A stretch of 64,000 nucleotides of DNA from Octopus vulgaris (GCA_951406725.2 OX597818.1:29946001-30010000), one strand, 5' to 3'; positions 23,795-37,212 are shown, counted from the first letter of the stretch. Notes: generated by a model not told the origin, from the letters alone. Numbers and translations are program-made.

Positions 23795-24560
23795 GCTGGC
23801 ATGGGTTGGACGGTTTGACTGGGGACTGGCAAGCCAGATGGCTACACCAGGCTCCAATCTGATCCGACTGAGTTTCTACAGCTGGATGCCCTTCCTAATG
23901 CCAACAACTCTGAGAATGTAGTGGGTGCTTTTACATGCCACCGGCACGAGGGCCAGTCAGGCAGTACTGGCAGTGGCCACGCTCAAATGGTATTTTTATG
24001 TGTCACCTGCACAGGAGCCAGCCCAGCGGTACTGGCAGCACCCTTGCTTGAATGTTGTTTTTTACATACCACTGGCACAAGTGCCACTAAGGCGACGCTG
24101 GTAACAATCACACTCAAATGCTGCTTTTTACGTGCTGCCGGCATGGGGGACAGTCAGCGGCCGTGGCAATGATCATGCTTGGATGGTGCTCTCAGTGCTC
24201 CACTAGCATGGGTGCCAGTCATGTGATGCTGTCAATGAATTTGATTTCGATTTCACTTGCCTCAACATATCTTCGCAAGCAGAGTTTAAAGATCATTGAA
24301 ATCTGTCCCCCTGTTTATCTGCCAGTCTAGATTGTGGATCATATGCAGAGATGTAACTCAAATATTTTCCAAAACTAGTGTAAAGTTAACTATCCTGTTA
24401 CACATTCTGATTATCTTGATCACTTTATTTACCCATTTCTTTGCTAAAATTATGCACACACTCCTAACACCATTGCTATTACCAACACAGAAATATATGT
24501 ACCCCTGCTCTGGCATTTCAATCACACTGGATCTACAACATATTGTGCCTGCATTGACTG
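23795..24560 (-). mobile_element. RTE 3'-UTR copy joined to a decayed RTE endonuclease fragment
   Basis: 23795-24260 matches the RTE 3' UTR; minus ORF 24358-24690 has GNSNGVRSVCIILAKKWVNKVIKIIRMCNRI, similar to the EN at 19092-19739. Confidence 0.7.
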
Positions 24561-24692
24561 TGGCTTCTCTAATGCTGTTGTTTTGATAGAAATATCTAGT
24601 AAGTGTCCGGGAAGTGGTTCTCAGCACCTGAAAAGGCTTTTGCAAATGCTTGTGTCTGCATGTAGGCAGAAGACCTTTGCACATGTCCAATT

Positions 24693-24868
24693 ACTCTTTT
24701 ACTCTTTTACTTGTTTCAGTCATTTGACTGCGGCCATGCTGGAGCACCGCCTTTAGTCGAGCAAATCGACCCCAGGACTTATTCTTTGTAAGCCTAGTAC
24801 TTATTCTATCGGCCTCCTTTGCCGAACCGCTAAGTTACAGAGATGCAAACACACCAGCATCAGTTGTC
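24693..24868 (-). mobile_element. SINE family B, 3' half
   Basis: Nearly identical to 13441-13608. Confidence 0.8.
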
Positions 24869-25111
24869 CAATTGTACGAGTTTTACAATTTAATGAATTA
24901 CAATATCCCTCAGATGTTCAGTTGATCAGGTTCAAGCACCTGCAGATAAAAAAGGGTGTGTTGTGGCTTCCACTGGGGAAAAGGAGTGAAAAGGATTATA
25001 TAGCCTTCTAAGTCAAGAACAATTGGCAATAGTGAGATTATATAGTAAACATAAACACAGCAGGCATACATTTCATAGATACATATATGTATGTGTGTGT
25101 ACACAATCACA

Positions 25112-25263
25112 CAGCTGTGTGGTAAGAAGCTTACTTCCCAACTACATGGTTCCAAGAACAGTTCCATAGCATAGCACCTTGGGCAAGTATCTTCTACTAT
25201 AGCTTCAGGCTGATCAAAGCCTTGTGAGTGGATTTGGCAGATGGAAACTGAAAGAAGCCTGTC

Positions 25264-25295
<32 letters not shown>

Positions 25296-25315
25296 GCATA
25301 CACATATGTGTGTGT

Positions 25316-25382
<67 letters not shown>

Positions 25383-25530
25383 TGTGCGTTTGTCCTCCAC
25401 TGCCACTTGCCAACTGTTGGTGGTGTGTTTATGTCCTGTAACTTAGCAGTTAGGCAAAAGAAACTGATAGAATGAGCACTAGGTATCAAAAAGTAAGCCC
25501 AAGGGTTGATTTTTCCAACTAAAACCCTTC
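25112..25530 (+). mobile_element. SINE family B with expanded (TA)n/(TG)n
   Basis: cagctgtgtggtaagaagcttact...accttgggcaag...ggaaactgaaagaagcc, microsatellite, then family 3' half. Confidence 0.8.
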
Positions 25531-26823
25531 AAAGTTTTTTTCTTTTGCTGAAGGATCATGCAGTGCAATGAATATTTATTGAGAAGCAAATTCATGACTG
25601 TTGAGGTAAGAATCTCACTCTCACTCTCTTTGTTCTCTCTCTCTCTCCCTCCCTCCTTCTCCCTCCCTCTCTCTATAACATGTCATTTTTACATCTATAT
25701 TTTACTAGGAATAACAGTTGCAGAGAAGTATGAATTTAGATGTTTCAATAAATAGAATTATTTTACAGTTGGATGCTCTCACTACCCAACAGTGATATTG
25801 GTAGCGGCTATACAATTCAGTGCTTCAACTAAGGCTTGAGTTTATTACTCATGTTTCATTAGTCTATCTCTTACCTGTCAGTCCCACATATCATCATCAT
25901 CATTGTCATCAGAGTCCTTGTCATTGTCATCGTCATCGTCGTCGTCGTCGTCGTCATCATCATCATCATCATCATTACCATTGCTGTTCCCATTGTCAAT
26001 GCCATTACTGTCGAATCCATTGTTATTGTTGTCAACATCCACATTGTTATCGTCATCGTCATCGTTGTCATCATCATCACCATTTAATATCTGTTTTCCA
26101 TGCTGGCATGGGTTGGATGACTTTGACAGGAGTTGGTAAACTGGAGGAGTGTACCAGGTTTCAATAGTCTATTTAGGCTGGGTGCCCTTCTTAATGTCAA
26201 CCACTTTCCAGAGTGTACTGGGTACTTTTTACATGGTACTGGCTCAGGTGCTTTATATGTGGCACTGGCACAGGTACTTTTTATGTGGCACCAGCACCAG
26301 AGGTAAGAGGTTACAGTGTGATCGAGAGACAGGGGTTAGTTGTTTTACTATAGAGGAGATATTTGGCCACCCAGTAGAACAGGAAGGAATAAGAAGGTGG
26401 AAAAGAGAGAGAAAGATAAAGAGAGAGTCAGAGTGAGTGAGCAAGAGAGAGAGAGTGAAATAGATGGTGTGGGAGGTGTATTGGAGCCTACGCTCAGTGA
26501 ACAGTAGAGTAGGGTATAAATTATAGAGAGGGGATAGAGGAGGATGCTCCATGAGAGTATTGGGAATAGAAGAGGATAGAGGAAGAGAGTGCCATGAGAG
26601 TGTTGAGTGGCTTGGAGTGGGGAGTAAGGAACAAAGAGAGAGTATGGAGAGTGTGTGGATAGGCACATGAAAGTGAGAAAAGGAGGCTGCATGAGTGTTG
26701 GGAAGATAGGGGTGTTTTGAGAGGGGTTAGATAATTTGAGTGTCAGTGTGAGGGTGCACGGCCATAAAGGACATGCATGTATGTGTGGATGGCCATGGTT
26801 TCAATATCAATTAACTTACTTAC

Positions 26824-26890
26824 CATTCCATATTTTTCCAATCGTGACATTTGATTTGCCATGAAACTCAGCTTCAATAATGATTTGATC
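26824..26890 (-). CDS. MAM-mucin gene exon 4 (DQIIIEAEFHGKSNVTIGKIWN)
   Basis: Acceptor ttttattctgttttAG, donor GTaagt; 67 nt, phase 0-1; resembles the last MAM strands (QIIFEA...GDIAID). Confidence 0.85.
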
Positions 26891-28371
26891 CTAAAACAGA
26901 ATAAAAATAGAATGAGATTGAAAACTTTCAAAATAACATAATCCTTCAGTAGCAGGAATGGATGCTTCAAGAATCCCTTTCCCCAATTATTTGGTTAATA
27001 ATTATTAATTATAATTAAACATGTAGTAGAGAACTTTATAGTTGTGTTGCTGTTGCTTGTTCAGAAAATTATCCAGGGGATTCTAAGTAATTGATCAAAG
27101 ATCAATGTAGAAGTCATTTCCAAAAGTAAGTCTCATGTGTCCTAGGAATTTACTGTATCAGGTTGATATGGTATAGTAGAAGTGCTATGGGTGTCAGACT
27201 AAGTTATAACTTAAAGCAGTTAGTTCAGGGAAGGAACTGTTTCTGTGTTCTTTGGAACTTATGTAAAAGAGATGGAGTTCGTAAAGTTAGAATTTAAGCT
27301 GACAAGCTTTATGACGGATCAGATATACGGTTGACTAGTTATATGGCAAACCAGTTATAGGGCAGACCAATTAGATGGTATACACCTATATAGTTATACA
27401 GTAGGGTGGTACAATTATATCCCAGTGTGTTTATATTATTTGATGTACTATGTAATGTTTTAATATAATGCTCTACTTGCTTTGACCAAATGTACATGTA
27501 AAATGATACAATGCTTATCAATTTGTATTTGATTTTATGAATGTCATGATGGGACTGTAGGGCGATTTTTGTTGTATGTTATGTATATTTGGTTTTCCTG
27601 AGATGTTGTTGACCAAAAATCAACTTCCATTACTTCGTATTTGTGAGTATGTCTTTTTTTTATCAAGTGGACAGTAAATAATATAGTTAAATTAGTGTTA
27701 ACATATTGTATATAATGAACATAAAATATTAACTTATAGTTTATTAAACATAGAAATAACAACTTAAATATTATTTTTAATGCAGATATAATCTCTGAAT
27801 GACGTATTTTTTAACAAATAATATATTTTTAACAAATATATATTTCACTATAATAATTAGATTAATTCCCAATGAAGAAGTTCTACTTGTCAAATCTATT
27901 TATTTTGAGTTAGCAGAGAACTTAAATAGTAGAGTTAAAAAATCCTAACCAGCCCAGACAAAGTCCTTTCTGTTATTTTTAAACATTGCACCCACTCAGA
28001 GCTAACCCCAATACTTACTAGACACTTCAATTTCTCCCTCTCTACTAGGATCTTTGAAAACATGCTACAGTGTACCTCATTACCTAGAAAACCACCACCT
28101 GCCAATTATTACATTATTTTGGAGTCAACTGTTGACCACAACATTCTCCAATACCTCTCCTTAATGACCACTAGTACAGTTTTCATAGATCCAGATCCAC
28201 CGATGACTTACATATATCACCCATCAGTGGCCTCTCACCTTGGAGAATGGTCTCACACTCGATATCAGTAAAGGACAGATCACTCGATATGTAACATTGA
28301 TTTATAAGAAGTGTGAGAGCTGCAAAATTTAGAAAGTTACTGGGCATCCTAAGAATTAGCTAATGTAGACA

Positions 28372-28592
28372 GGCAGCGAGCTGGCAGAAACGTTAGCATG
28401 CCGGGTGAAATGCTTAGCGGTATTTTGTCTGTTGTTACGTTCTGAGTTCAAATTTCGCTGTGGTTGACTTTACCTTTCATCCTTTCAGGGTTGATAAAAT
28501 AAGTACCAGTTATGCACTGGGGTCGATGCAATCGGCTTAATCTCTTTGTTTGTCCCCTCTGTGTTTAGCCCCTTCTGGCCAATAAAGAAATA
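28372..28592 (+). mobile_element. SINE family A, full length with TSD
   Basis: ggcagcgagctggcagaaacgttagc...gagttcaaatt...aataaagaaat; flanking duplication aatgtagaca(gg) at 28362 and 28593. Confidence 0.9.
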
Positions 28593-29980
28593 AATGTAGA
28601 CAGGGACAAAAGATGAACCAAATGCACATAAAAACTACATGTATGCTGGATGAAAGTATGCTCTGAGCTCTTAATGGATGAAATCAATGTTTAACATAGC
28701 TAAATGTTTGCTTGAAAATAAATGATGTTGAACTCATGGAAACCTTAAAGACAAGATCTAAGGTTAAGGTACATGGCAATATAGCTATTTAAAAACTATT
28801 TAATATTGTACATTAAGCTGACTTGTCTTCAAGAATTTTGAGATATTGAGTGATGTTCCAACAGCCAAACAACAGCCAATTTTAGTTTTTGTATCAACTT
28901 TAGCTCTTTTCCAACATTACTGAAAATAATTATTGTTCTTATTTTCTGGCTGAGTCGGTAGAGTATTGGAAAACTAGTCAAGATGCTGGCAACTCATGTC
29001 CTGCTACCAGAATATTGCCCCCTTTGCTTATTTTAATCCATTTGAAAATATTAGTCAGATCTGTTAATTCAGTTTTATTTGATACGAGGCAAATTAATGT
29101 GATTGCAATGCAGAAGACATAAATTAGCCATTTAGAATCATACAAGACCATTAACTTCACTTGAACATTCATTTGTAATGTGGAGTCAAAATTTTAATTG
29201 TTCAAAACTGTGTCCTTTTCACTGAATAAAATTTGTGCTGCATCTGAAAATTTTTGATAATATTACAACAGAATATTGCTAAGGATGTTGCTTTTGCTAT
29301 TTTTTGTAATCATTTATCTATGTACAAAACTATTGTCAATTGATCAAGTAAATTTTGTTCTGACAAGGCTCTGCTGATGAAATTCTATAAGATAGAAACA
29401 TGCTTATTACTCTCACTGTCCTGGCTAATAAAAACTACTACTAAATTTTTTTCTGTCAAAATAAGACGTAAATATAAATTTTTAACAAATTTTTTGTGAA
29501 TTCCATTTAGTATGCAATTAGGTATTTGATTTAACAGAATATCATGTCACTTTCATTGGCTGAAACTTCCTATTTCTAAAGGATTATTATTATTAGCTGT
29601 AGCTGTGCTTCAAATTGCCTAGTGGGCACAGCATGAATTTGTGTGATAAGTTTCTATGGGAAGTGTTATCCACAAAATGAGATATCGTTTTCAAAGCTAG
29701 TTTTTTTAAACTGTCATCTACTTAGTACCTCAGAAACCAAATGTAAGCTCTGGCCTAATGAACTGTGGTAGTTTATAAAAACAGACGTATGTGTATTTTC
29801 TTCTTATCACTCCCATCATACATTTCGTAGCAAACCTTGTTGAATTACAGTTTAGTTCACATTATGACTGTCCTTTGTATAAGGAGATGAGGCAAAACTC
29901 CCATCACTTGATAAAGTGCATTGGTTTTCCCAAACAAAATCATCCTACCATTTTTCAGGCAAGAACAGCAATAGAATTGG

Positions 29981-30016
<36 letters not shown>

Positions 30017-30375
30017 ACGTGTGTGTGTATGTGTGTATACCACATGTGTATGTCGACATGTGTGTGTACTTGTGTATGTGTCCATGTGTGTATGTTAATG
30101 AGCATATGCATGTGCATGTATGTATTTATGTGTGTGTCTGTGCATGCATGTCCATGTGTCTGTGTTTGCTGTATTTGCACATGCATGTGTGTCTGTATTC
30201 ATGTGTCCATTTTATGTCTGTGTAAACTCATGTGTGTTCATGTGTCCATGTGTGTGTGTTTATGTGTATGTGTGTGTGAATTCATGTGTCCATGTGTGCA
30301 TCTGTGTGAAAGAGAGAGAGAGAGAGAGAGAGAAGTGATATTAGCAGAAGGATTTTGACAATAAGGAATTCTTAC

Positions 30376-30620
30376 CAATTTATAAGGGCAATTTATGTGA
30401 GCCTTTGTCCATCTATGTGCTGGAGATGCATTACAAGTCCATTTTGTATGATAAGTATCACTAATGTAACCATATTCAGCACAAATTACTGTTAAGCTAA
30501 CTTTACCATTTCCATTTATTCGATATAAGAAGGAAAAAGGCTTCCCATGTTCTCCCCACTTAGCCGCTTGCCATGTCATTTGTGATGTACATCTGCTTTG
30601 TCCAGTGGAAACCATATAAC
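30376..30620 (-). CDS. MAM-mucin gene exon 3 (MAM core: GYMVSTGQ...FSFLYRINGNGKVSLTV...RWTKAHINCPYKL)
   Basis: Acceptor ttgttttacctAG, donor GTaaga; 245 nt, phase 1-0; MAM-like GY.., FSF.Y..G...SL.V and W..A.I motifs. Confidence 0.88.
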
Positions 30621-31225
30621 CTAGGTAAAACAATGCAAGATGGATGGATAGACCAATATATAGATGAAGAGACAGATAAGCAAATACTTACATGAAGACA
30701 AACAAATTTTTTATAAAAATACCTCAGATTATGACTTAATGTACTAATTTACAACATATGAATACATGTATTTATCCATTACCCCTGATACAATCAACAT
30801 CTCATTATGTGAACTATTGAAATTATAACATCATTAATTAGAAAATCATATCTTTAAAAACATGTGAAATTGGGAGATTGTATAACTATTACATTTTTTA
30901 CATAAAATTTTATCATAAAGATTTAAGCGCATCTTATTTTTCTGTTTTCAGGAAATTAAACATGTGGAAAATAGCAAGATTTCCATCCACGGGTATACTT
31001 GTCCCCCAACCTGATTTTGTAGAGTTTGTGTCAACCTATGGTCATAGACTTATACATTTTTTTGTTTGTTGTCATTTCTGACTTGCTGTTCAATACAATA
31101 CGAAAGGAAGAAGAAAGAGAAACCTTGTATATTACAAACACATACTGTTTTAATGAACCAACTACCAATGCCAAACAATGACAATCAGAATGCCTAAAAA
31201 TGTATTTATAACTTTGATATATATA

Positions 31226-31788
31226 TGTAGTGACGCTATACAACAGCGCGCGCAACGCCCTTTTCTGATTCGCGCGTGTTTTCATCAACAGAAGAGGGAA
31301 TATTGCTATCGTGGAATTAGCTGATTGGCTAGGAAAAGCGACCCTTAGAAAAGAGGCAAGGGAACGCAAAAACCTTGACCATCAACGTCCAGCAGAGACA
31401 GCAGAGACAGCAGAAGGCCTTTGATACCAGCAGACGTATATTTCCCTCTGTCCGAATTTGATAGCAGTCGGCTGAAGACTTTAACCAAAATTGTTGCAGA
31501 TAACATCGTCTTCATTTTTCCGCGGCCATCTTTAACCCGTTCTGTTTTTAGCGGCTGAACATTGTAAAATCTTGCAAGCGATTAACTTTCAGCCTTGTGC
31601 GCCCAGAACCAAGGATATCAGATATACCACTTATTTCTCACTGGTATAAAACAATAAAGTATATCTATTTTTTACGTCTGCGTTTTGTGTTCCTTTGACT
31701 GGTAGAATTCTGGATTATTAAAGCAACGGAAAGTGATTGTTTCTTGCACCCCAAACAGTGCAGAGAAGATATTCACATTTTCGTTACA
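31226..31788 (+). repeat. 5' LTR (563 bp)
   Basis: tgtagtgacg...ttcgttaca; about 99% identical by eye to 36367-36933. Confidence 0.97.
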
Positions 31789-31789
31789 G

Positions 31790-31802
31790 TGGTGACCCCC
31801 GA
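31790..31802 (+). promoter_or_regulatory. Primer-binding site, tRNA-Trp-like
   Basis: TGGTGACCCCCGA just after the 5' LTR; complementary to the 3' end of eukaryotic tRNA-Trp (expected TGGTGACCCCGA, one extra C here). Confidence 0.75.
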
Positions 31803-32236
31803 AGTTCCAGAGAACACTCAACAAAAAAAAAAAATCCAGTTTTTCTGCCAAGTCTGAAACACGACCAACCTGTTTTCCAGTCACTTTCAACAGTTTGTTT
31901 CTTCATCTGCACTCACGCACGGAAGAAAAAAAAGAGAAGAAATTTTTTTTTCTCGATTAAAACGCGACGAAGGTTGGTAAAACAAAAAAAAAGAAAAGAA
32001 TTTTTTCTATTCTCTGTGCACACAGTACAAACAAAAAAACAAAAAAAAACAAACATTTTTTTTTGTAAATTGCACATTCAAAATTTATTGGTTCAATTGT
32101 TGGTCTTTCTTTCTTTCTTTCTTTCTTCCTTTCTTTTTCCCTTTGTTTTTCCTTGTTGCGTCTGTTCAGCGTTGATTCGTTGTCAGTTTTCTTTTTTCCA
32201 TTTGACAGAGTCATCTAGTGAATAAAAGGCTACAAA

Positions 32237-32955
32237 ATGTTTATGGGTTCGTTACCTACTTTTACAGGTGATGCCACACTGTGGTTTTCACAGTTAGAGG
32301 CACAATTTCGTGCACAAAGTATTACTCCCGAGCAGCAGTTGCAAATCCTTTATGGTTGCATGCCGCCTCAACTGGCATCTACAGCAAGAGACCTTATCAC
32401 AGACCCTAGTCCAGGCGCTACTTATGCGTCTGTTAAATTAGAGGTAGAGAAAAGAAATACACGAAGCGAGGAAAGTCATTTCAACGAATTAATGGCAGAT
32501 GAGGAACTAAGAGATAGGACTCCGTCAGAATTTTTACGAAGACTGAGGGAGTTAAGTGGTAATGCATCAGACTTCGGAAGATTATTTTTTCGAGGTTGCC
32601 CGCCTATATACAGACCGTTTTGGCAACCGGCTTAGAGACAAATACAGTGGACCAAATAGCAACGATGGCTGATAAGATGGTTGAATTTGCCGTTCAACCA
32701 TCGTCACGGTCTGCTTGTGCCTGTTCACAAACTTCTTCGGCCTCAATTGAGGGGCTTTCTAAACTAATAGAAACCCTCACTAAAAGGATGGACGCGATGT
32801 GTCGCGATGGTAAGCGATCTTCAAAATCGCGGATTCGCAGTCGTTCATCCTCGAGATCAACACAGTCTAAGTCTGGACTGTGTTGGTACCACTCCAAGTA
32901 TGGAGAGAATGCACATAGGTGCACACAGCCATGCACTTATAAGTCTTTAAACTAG
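32237..32955 (+). pseudogene. gag: Gypsy gag, frameshifted at about 32572
   Basis: LPTFTGDATLWFSQLEAQF and RTPSEFLRRLREL in frame 1; LRKIIFSRLPAY...CWYHSKYGENAHRCTQPC in the second frame. Confidence 0.9.
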
Positions 32956-32987
32956 ATTCGGAGAATTTGAGCACGTCAACTTCCTCC
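32946..32987 (+). promoter_or_regulatory. Programmed -1 ribosomal frameshift signal (T TTA AAC, 7-nt spacer, stem-loop)
   Basis: Heptamer in gag phase directly before the TAG; the -1 frame is open into pol; hairpin GGAG-AA-t-TTGA-gcacg-TCAA-c-TT-c-CTCC at 32960-32987. Confidence 0.8.
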
Positions 32988-35900
32988 ACAACATTTTCTA
33001 GTTATCGTGCATTCTTTGTTAAGGATCTAGTGTCGAAGAAAAACTTCATGGTGGACACTGGTTCTTGTTGCAGTATTTGGCCACTGCGTTGCACAACCGA
33101 CAGGCCAAAACGATCTAACGTCATCTTGCACGCTATTGACTTGTCACCAATAGCCACATTCGGTCAGATCTCGTTACGCCTTGATATTAATCTTCGACGA
33201 GACTTTCAATGGGTTGTTGTCATTGCTGACATTCCGCATCCTATTTTAGGTGCTGATTTTCTGGATAAATTTGATTTGTTGGTAGATGTCAGACGTCGGA
33301 GGTTGGTCGATAGTTCGACTACACTCTCCACGCCGACCGGAGAATCTACCAATTTAGCTCTTAGCCCGACATTTTTTGTCGGTACATCTGGAGATGTTTT
33401 TCACTCTCTTTTAGCTTCTTTTCCAGAGCTATATGATATTACCTTTAGGGTGGCTAAGCCATTGCATTCGACACGACACTTTATAACAACAACTGGACCG
33501 CCTGTTTTCTCGCGTCCAAGGTGTCTTGCACCTGATCGACTTAAAACTGCTAGGGCTGAGTTTGAGCATATGCTCCAGCTCGGTCTGATACGCCCCTCCA
33601 CCAGTCCATGGGCATCTCCCCTTCATTTAGTAAGAAAAGGGGATACAGATTTTCGCCCAGTGGGAGATTATCGGCGTCTAAATTCGGTGACGATTCCGGA
33701 CAAATATCCCATAAGGATTTTAAACGATTTTTCGGCAAATTTACATGGCTGTACTTTATTTTTTCTAAGGTTGACCTCATACCATCAAATACAGGTCAAC
33801 TCAGACGATATTCCTAAAACAGCAATTACTACTCCTTTTGGCTGTTTCGAATTTTTATTTATGAGTTTTGGTTTGAGGAATGCCACTAGTACTTTCCAAC
33901 GGTTTATAGATGAAGTTGTTCGCGGACTTGATTTTGTGTTCACGTATGTCGATGATATTCTAATCGCAAGTGATACGCATGAAAATCATCTCCTGCACTT
34001 GTCTCAGCTTTTTCAGCGTCTTCGCGACTATGGTGTTCGCATTAATCCAGACAAGTGTGTTTTTGGGCAACCATCTCTTAATTTTCTCGGTCATTATATT
34101 GACTCGAGAGGAATCAAACCACTCTCATCCAAAGTCGATGCTATTCAGCGCATCGCACCACCTTCTTCTTTGCGTCAACTTCGCCATTTTTTAGGCATAG
34201 TAAATTTCTATAGACGTTTCATAGATCGGTGTGCGGACAAGTTGTTACCTTTAACACAAATGCTAAAGGGCAATTCTAAGAAGGACGCCCGTCTTGCTCT
34301 TTCGGCTGAAGCACTATCTGCCTTTAATTTAGTTAAAAAGGAACTAGCTTCAGTCCCTATTTTGGCACATCCGGCTCCTAATGCTCCACTTACTTTATCT
34401 GTGGACGCATCAGAGTCTGCAATTGGCGCTGTTTTGCAGCACACCGTAGAGGGTGAAGTTAAACCTTTAGCTTTCTTTTCTTGTCAGCTAAAGCCAGCTG
34501 AACGCAGATATAGTACTTTTGATCGAGAGTTACTAGCGATCTATCTGTCAGTTCGGCATTTTCAACACCAGCTCGATGGACGAGAGTTTGTGATTTATAC
34601 TGATCACAAGCCCCTTACTTTTGCACTATCTTCTAAAACGGATAAACTCTCTCCTCGTGCTTTCCGTCACCTGGACTATATTTCTCAATTTACAAGTGAC
34701 ATTAGGCATGTGCCAGGGACGGGGAACATCCCGGCTGATGCGCTCTCTAGACTCGCTGTCAATTCCATTTCCTCTCCTGCAGCAATTGATTTAACTGCTA
34801 TTTCGCAGGACCAACAACCTTTAGAGGAGTTGGATTTAGCTTCACCTAGGTTTATTAACTGCAAGTTTGCCTACCTTCCACTCCCTACAGCGGAAGGCTC
34901 TATTCTTTGTGACGTTTCTACCGGTTCACCTAGACCATTAGTACCTGAGAAACATCAACGTTCTGTGTTTGATGCTCTTCATTCACTGTCACATCCAGGT
35001 ATCTCTGCCACAGTAAAGCTTGTTACTGCTCGGTTCTTCTGGCCCAATATGCGACGATCAATTACCTCTTGGGCACGCTCTTGTTTGAGGTGCCAGAGTG
35101 CTAAAGTCCATAGACACGTTCGTGCTCCACTTGGACAATTTTCCTCTCCTGAAGCCCGTTTTCGCCATATCCACCTTGATTTGGTTGAACCATGGCCTGT
35201 GAGTCGCGGGTTCTCATACATTTTAACTTGTATTGATCGCTTTTCACGCTGGCCGGAAGCTATTCCTATAGCAGACATTTCAGCTGAAACTGTTGCGAGG
35301 GCTTTCGTATCTAATTGGATTTCGAGGTATGGTGTACCGTACAGTTTAACCACAGATCGTGGTCGACAATTCGAGTCTGCATTGTTTCGTGAGTTATCAC
35401 GAATCCTGGGGATGCATCATATACGCACCACAAGTTACCACCCCGCTTCTAATGGGATGGTGGAGCGTTTCCATAGGCAACTTAAGGCCGCTTTGCGTGC
35501 CTCGCCGAATCCACAGTCATGGACTGAATTTCTACCGATCGTCCTGCTTGGATGTCGGACTGCGATTAAAGCAGACCTTGGTTTTTCGTCTGCCGAGCTC
35601 TTGTATGGTACCACACTGGCATTGCCTGGTACGATGTTGGTGCCAGACAAGTCACAGTCTCTTAATTTAGAGTCTTATGTTGCTTGATTACGCAGATATT
35701 TTTCTGCCCTTCCTCCTATGGACCCTCGACACCAAAATCCTCCTTCTAGTGTGCCATCAGACCTTAATTCTTGGACGCATGTTTTTATTCGTGATGATTC
35801 TGTCAAAGGACCTCTTGTTTCTCCTTATAAAGGACCTTTTCGTGTGATTTCTCGCACGCCGAAGGTATTCAAACTTGAAATTAACGGTCGTTCGGAGACC

Positions 35901-36152
35901 GTCTCCGTAGATCGTCTTAAAAGGGCATATTTTGAGGTGTCCACATCTTTTAATGACCCCACTGCCACAACCATCGTTGAACCTTCGCATGCACCTTTGA
36001 CAACACCACTATTTACACATGCACCATTATCAACACCAACATCGACAACACCACCTTCGTCGTCGCAGCCTGCCTCGAACAGACCTTATGTTACGAGGTC
36101 AGGCAGAACTGTTCACTGGCCAAAAAAACTTTCCAAAACTATTTATATTTGA
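32967..36152 (+). pseudogene. pol: Gypsy pol (protease, RT, RNase H, integrase) with an internal stop at 35685-35687 and a local frame lesion in RT
   Basis: [70 protein letters not shown]; ORF 35718-36152 continues in the same frame after the TGA. Confidence 0.93.
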
Positions 36153-36366
36153 CATTTTCAATTGTCTTCCCAGTGACAGTTCAATACTCATTGAACCTTG
36201 CTCATTTTGAGTATTTTTTCTCTTTTTACCTTTTAGGTGAATTTTTTTGTTGTTGTTGTTTTAATGTATTATATTGTGTGTTATTTTGGTTGTCTGGTAT
36301 CCACCTTGAGTTTTGCAGTCACTACAAGAAGTTTGCTTCGTGCATACGCACTTGTGGGGGAGCCTT

Positions 36367-36933
36367 TGTAGTGACGCTATACAACAGCGCGCGCGCGCAA
36401 TGCACTTTTCTGATTCGCGCGTGTTTTCATCAACAGAAGAGGGAATATTGCTATCGTGGAATTAGCTGATTGGCTAGGAAAAGCGACCCTTAGAAAAGAG
36501 GCAAGGGAACGCAAAAACCTTGACCATCAGCGTCCAGCAGAGACAGCAGAGACAGCAGAAGGCCTTTGATACCAGCAGACGTATATTTCCCTCTGTCCGA
36601 ATTTGATAGCAGTCGGCTGAAGACTTTAACCAAAATTGTTGCAGACAACATCGTCTTCATTTTTCCGCGGCCATCTTTAACCCGTTCTGTTTTTAGCGGC
36701 TGAACATTGTAAAATCTTGCAAGCGATTAACTTTCAGCCTTGCGCGCCCAGAACCAAGGATATCAGATATACCACTTATTTCTCACCGGTATAAAACAAT
36801 AAAGTATATCTATTTTTTACGTCTGCGTTTTGTGTTCCTTTGACTGGTAGAATTCTGGATTATTAAAGCAACGGAAAGTGATTGTTTCTTGCACCCCAAA
36901 CAGTGCAGAGAAGATATTCACATTTTCGTTACA
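36367..36933 (+). repeat. 3' LTR (567 bp)
   Basis: Direct repeat of 31226-31788 with a 4-nt GC-dinucleotide indel and about 6 substitutions. Confidence 0.97.
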
Positions 36934-37174
36934 TATACTATATATACAGACAACAACCATGTCCTAAATGAAATGTTTGACATCCACCAAATGATATATG
37001 TTTAAGTGAAGTTAACAGTCTCTGTGCATTTTGAATGTCTAATATATCTCCCCCATGCTGTAATTGATTTAGTTTTAACATTTCAATACACTGTCTCAGA
37101 TGAAATCACTTTCCAGAAAAGTATATCTTCAATATATATATGCATAAAAAATCTTGCACAACAAATATTTAAAC

Positions 37175-37212
<38 letters not shown>

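Larger units (their letters stand above)
31226..36933 (+). mobile_element. Full-length Ty3/Gypsy LTR retrotransposon in intron 2 of the MAM gene (antisense to it)
   Basis: TG...CA LTRs, 4-bp TSD TATA (31222-31225 and 36934-36937), PBS, G-rich PPT before 36367, gag then PR-RT-RH-IN order. Confidence 0.97.

Noticed and set aside
25820-26167. His/Cys/Arg-rich and Ser-rich ORFs
   Set aside because: Translations of a degenerate (CAT/CGT)n microsatellite at an RTE-type tail.
28019-28083. Possible alternative minus-strand exon (AG...GTAAGT, phase 1-0, NEVHCSMFSKILVEREKLKCL)
   Set aside because: No similarity to MAM, weak pyrimidine tract, and exons 3 and 4 already join in frame; needs RNA-seq.
29370-29412. 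CTGATGA...GAAAC hammerhead-like motif
   Set aside because: Stems I, II and III do not pair convincingly.
29791-30358. Long CV/HT/YI-rich ORFs here and at 13312, 14250-14587, 24910-25489, 39356-40334 and 41700-41982
   Set aside because: Dinucleotide and tetranucleotide microsatellite artefacts.
31737-32225. 162-aa basic ORF upstream of gag as an accessory gene
   Set aside because: Starts in the LTR with a non-ATG codon and is driven by A/T homopolymers of the 5' leader.
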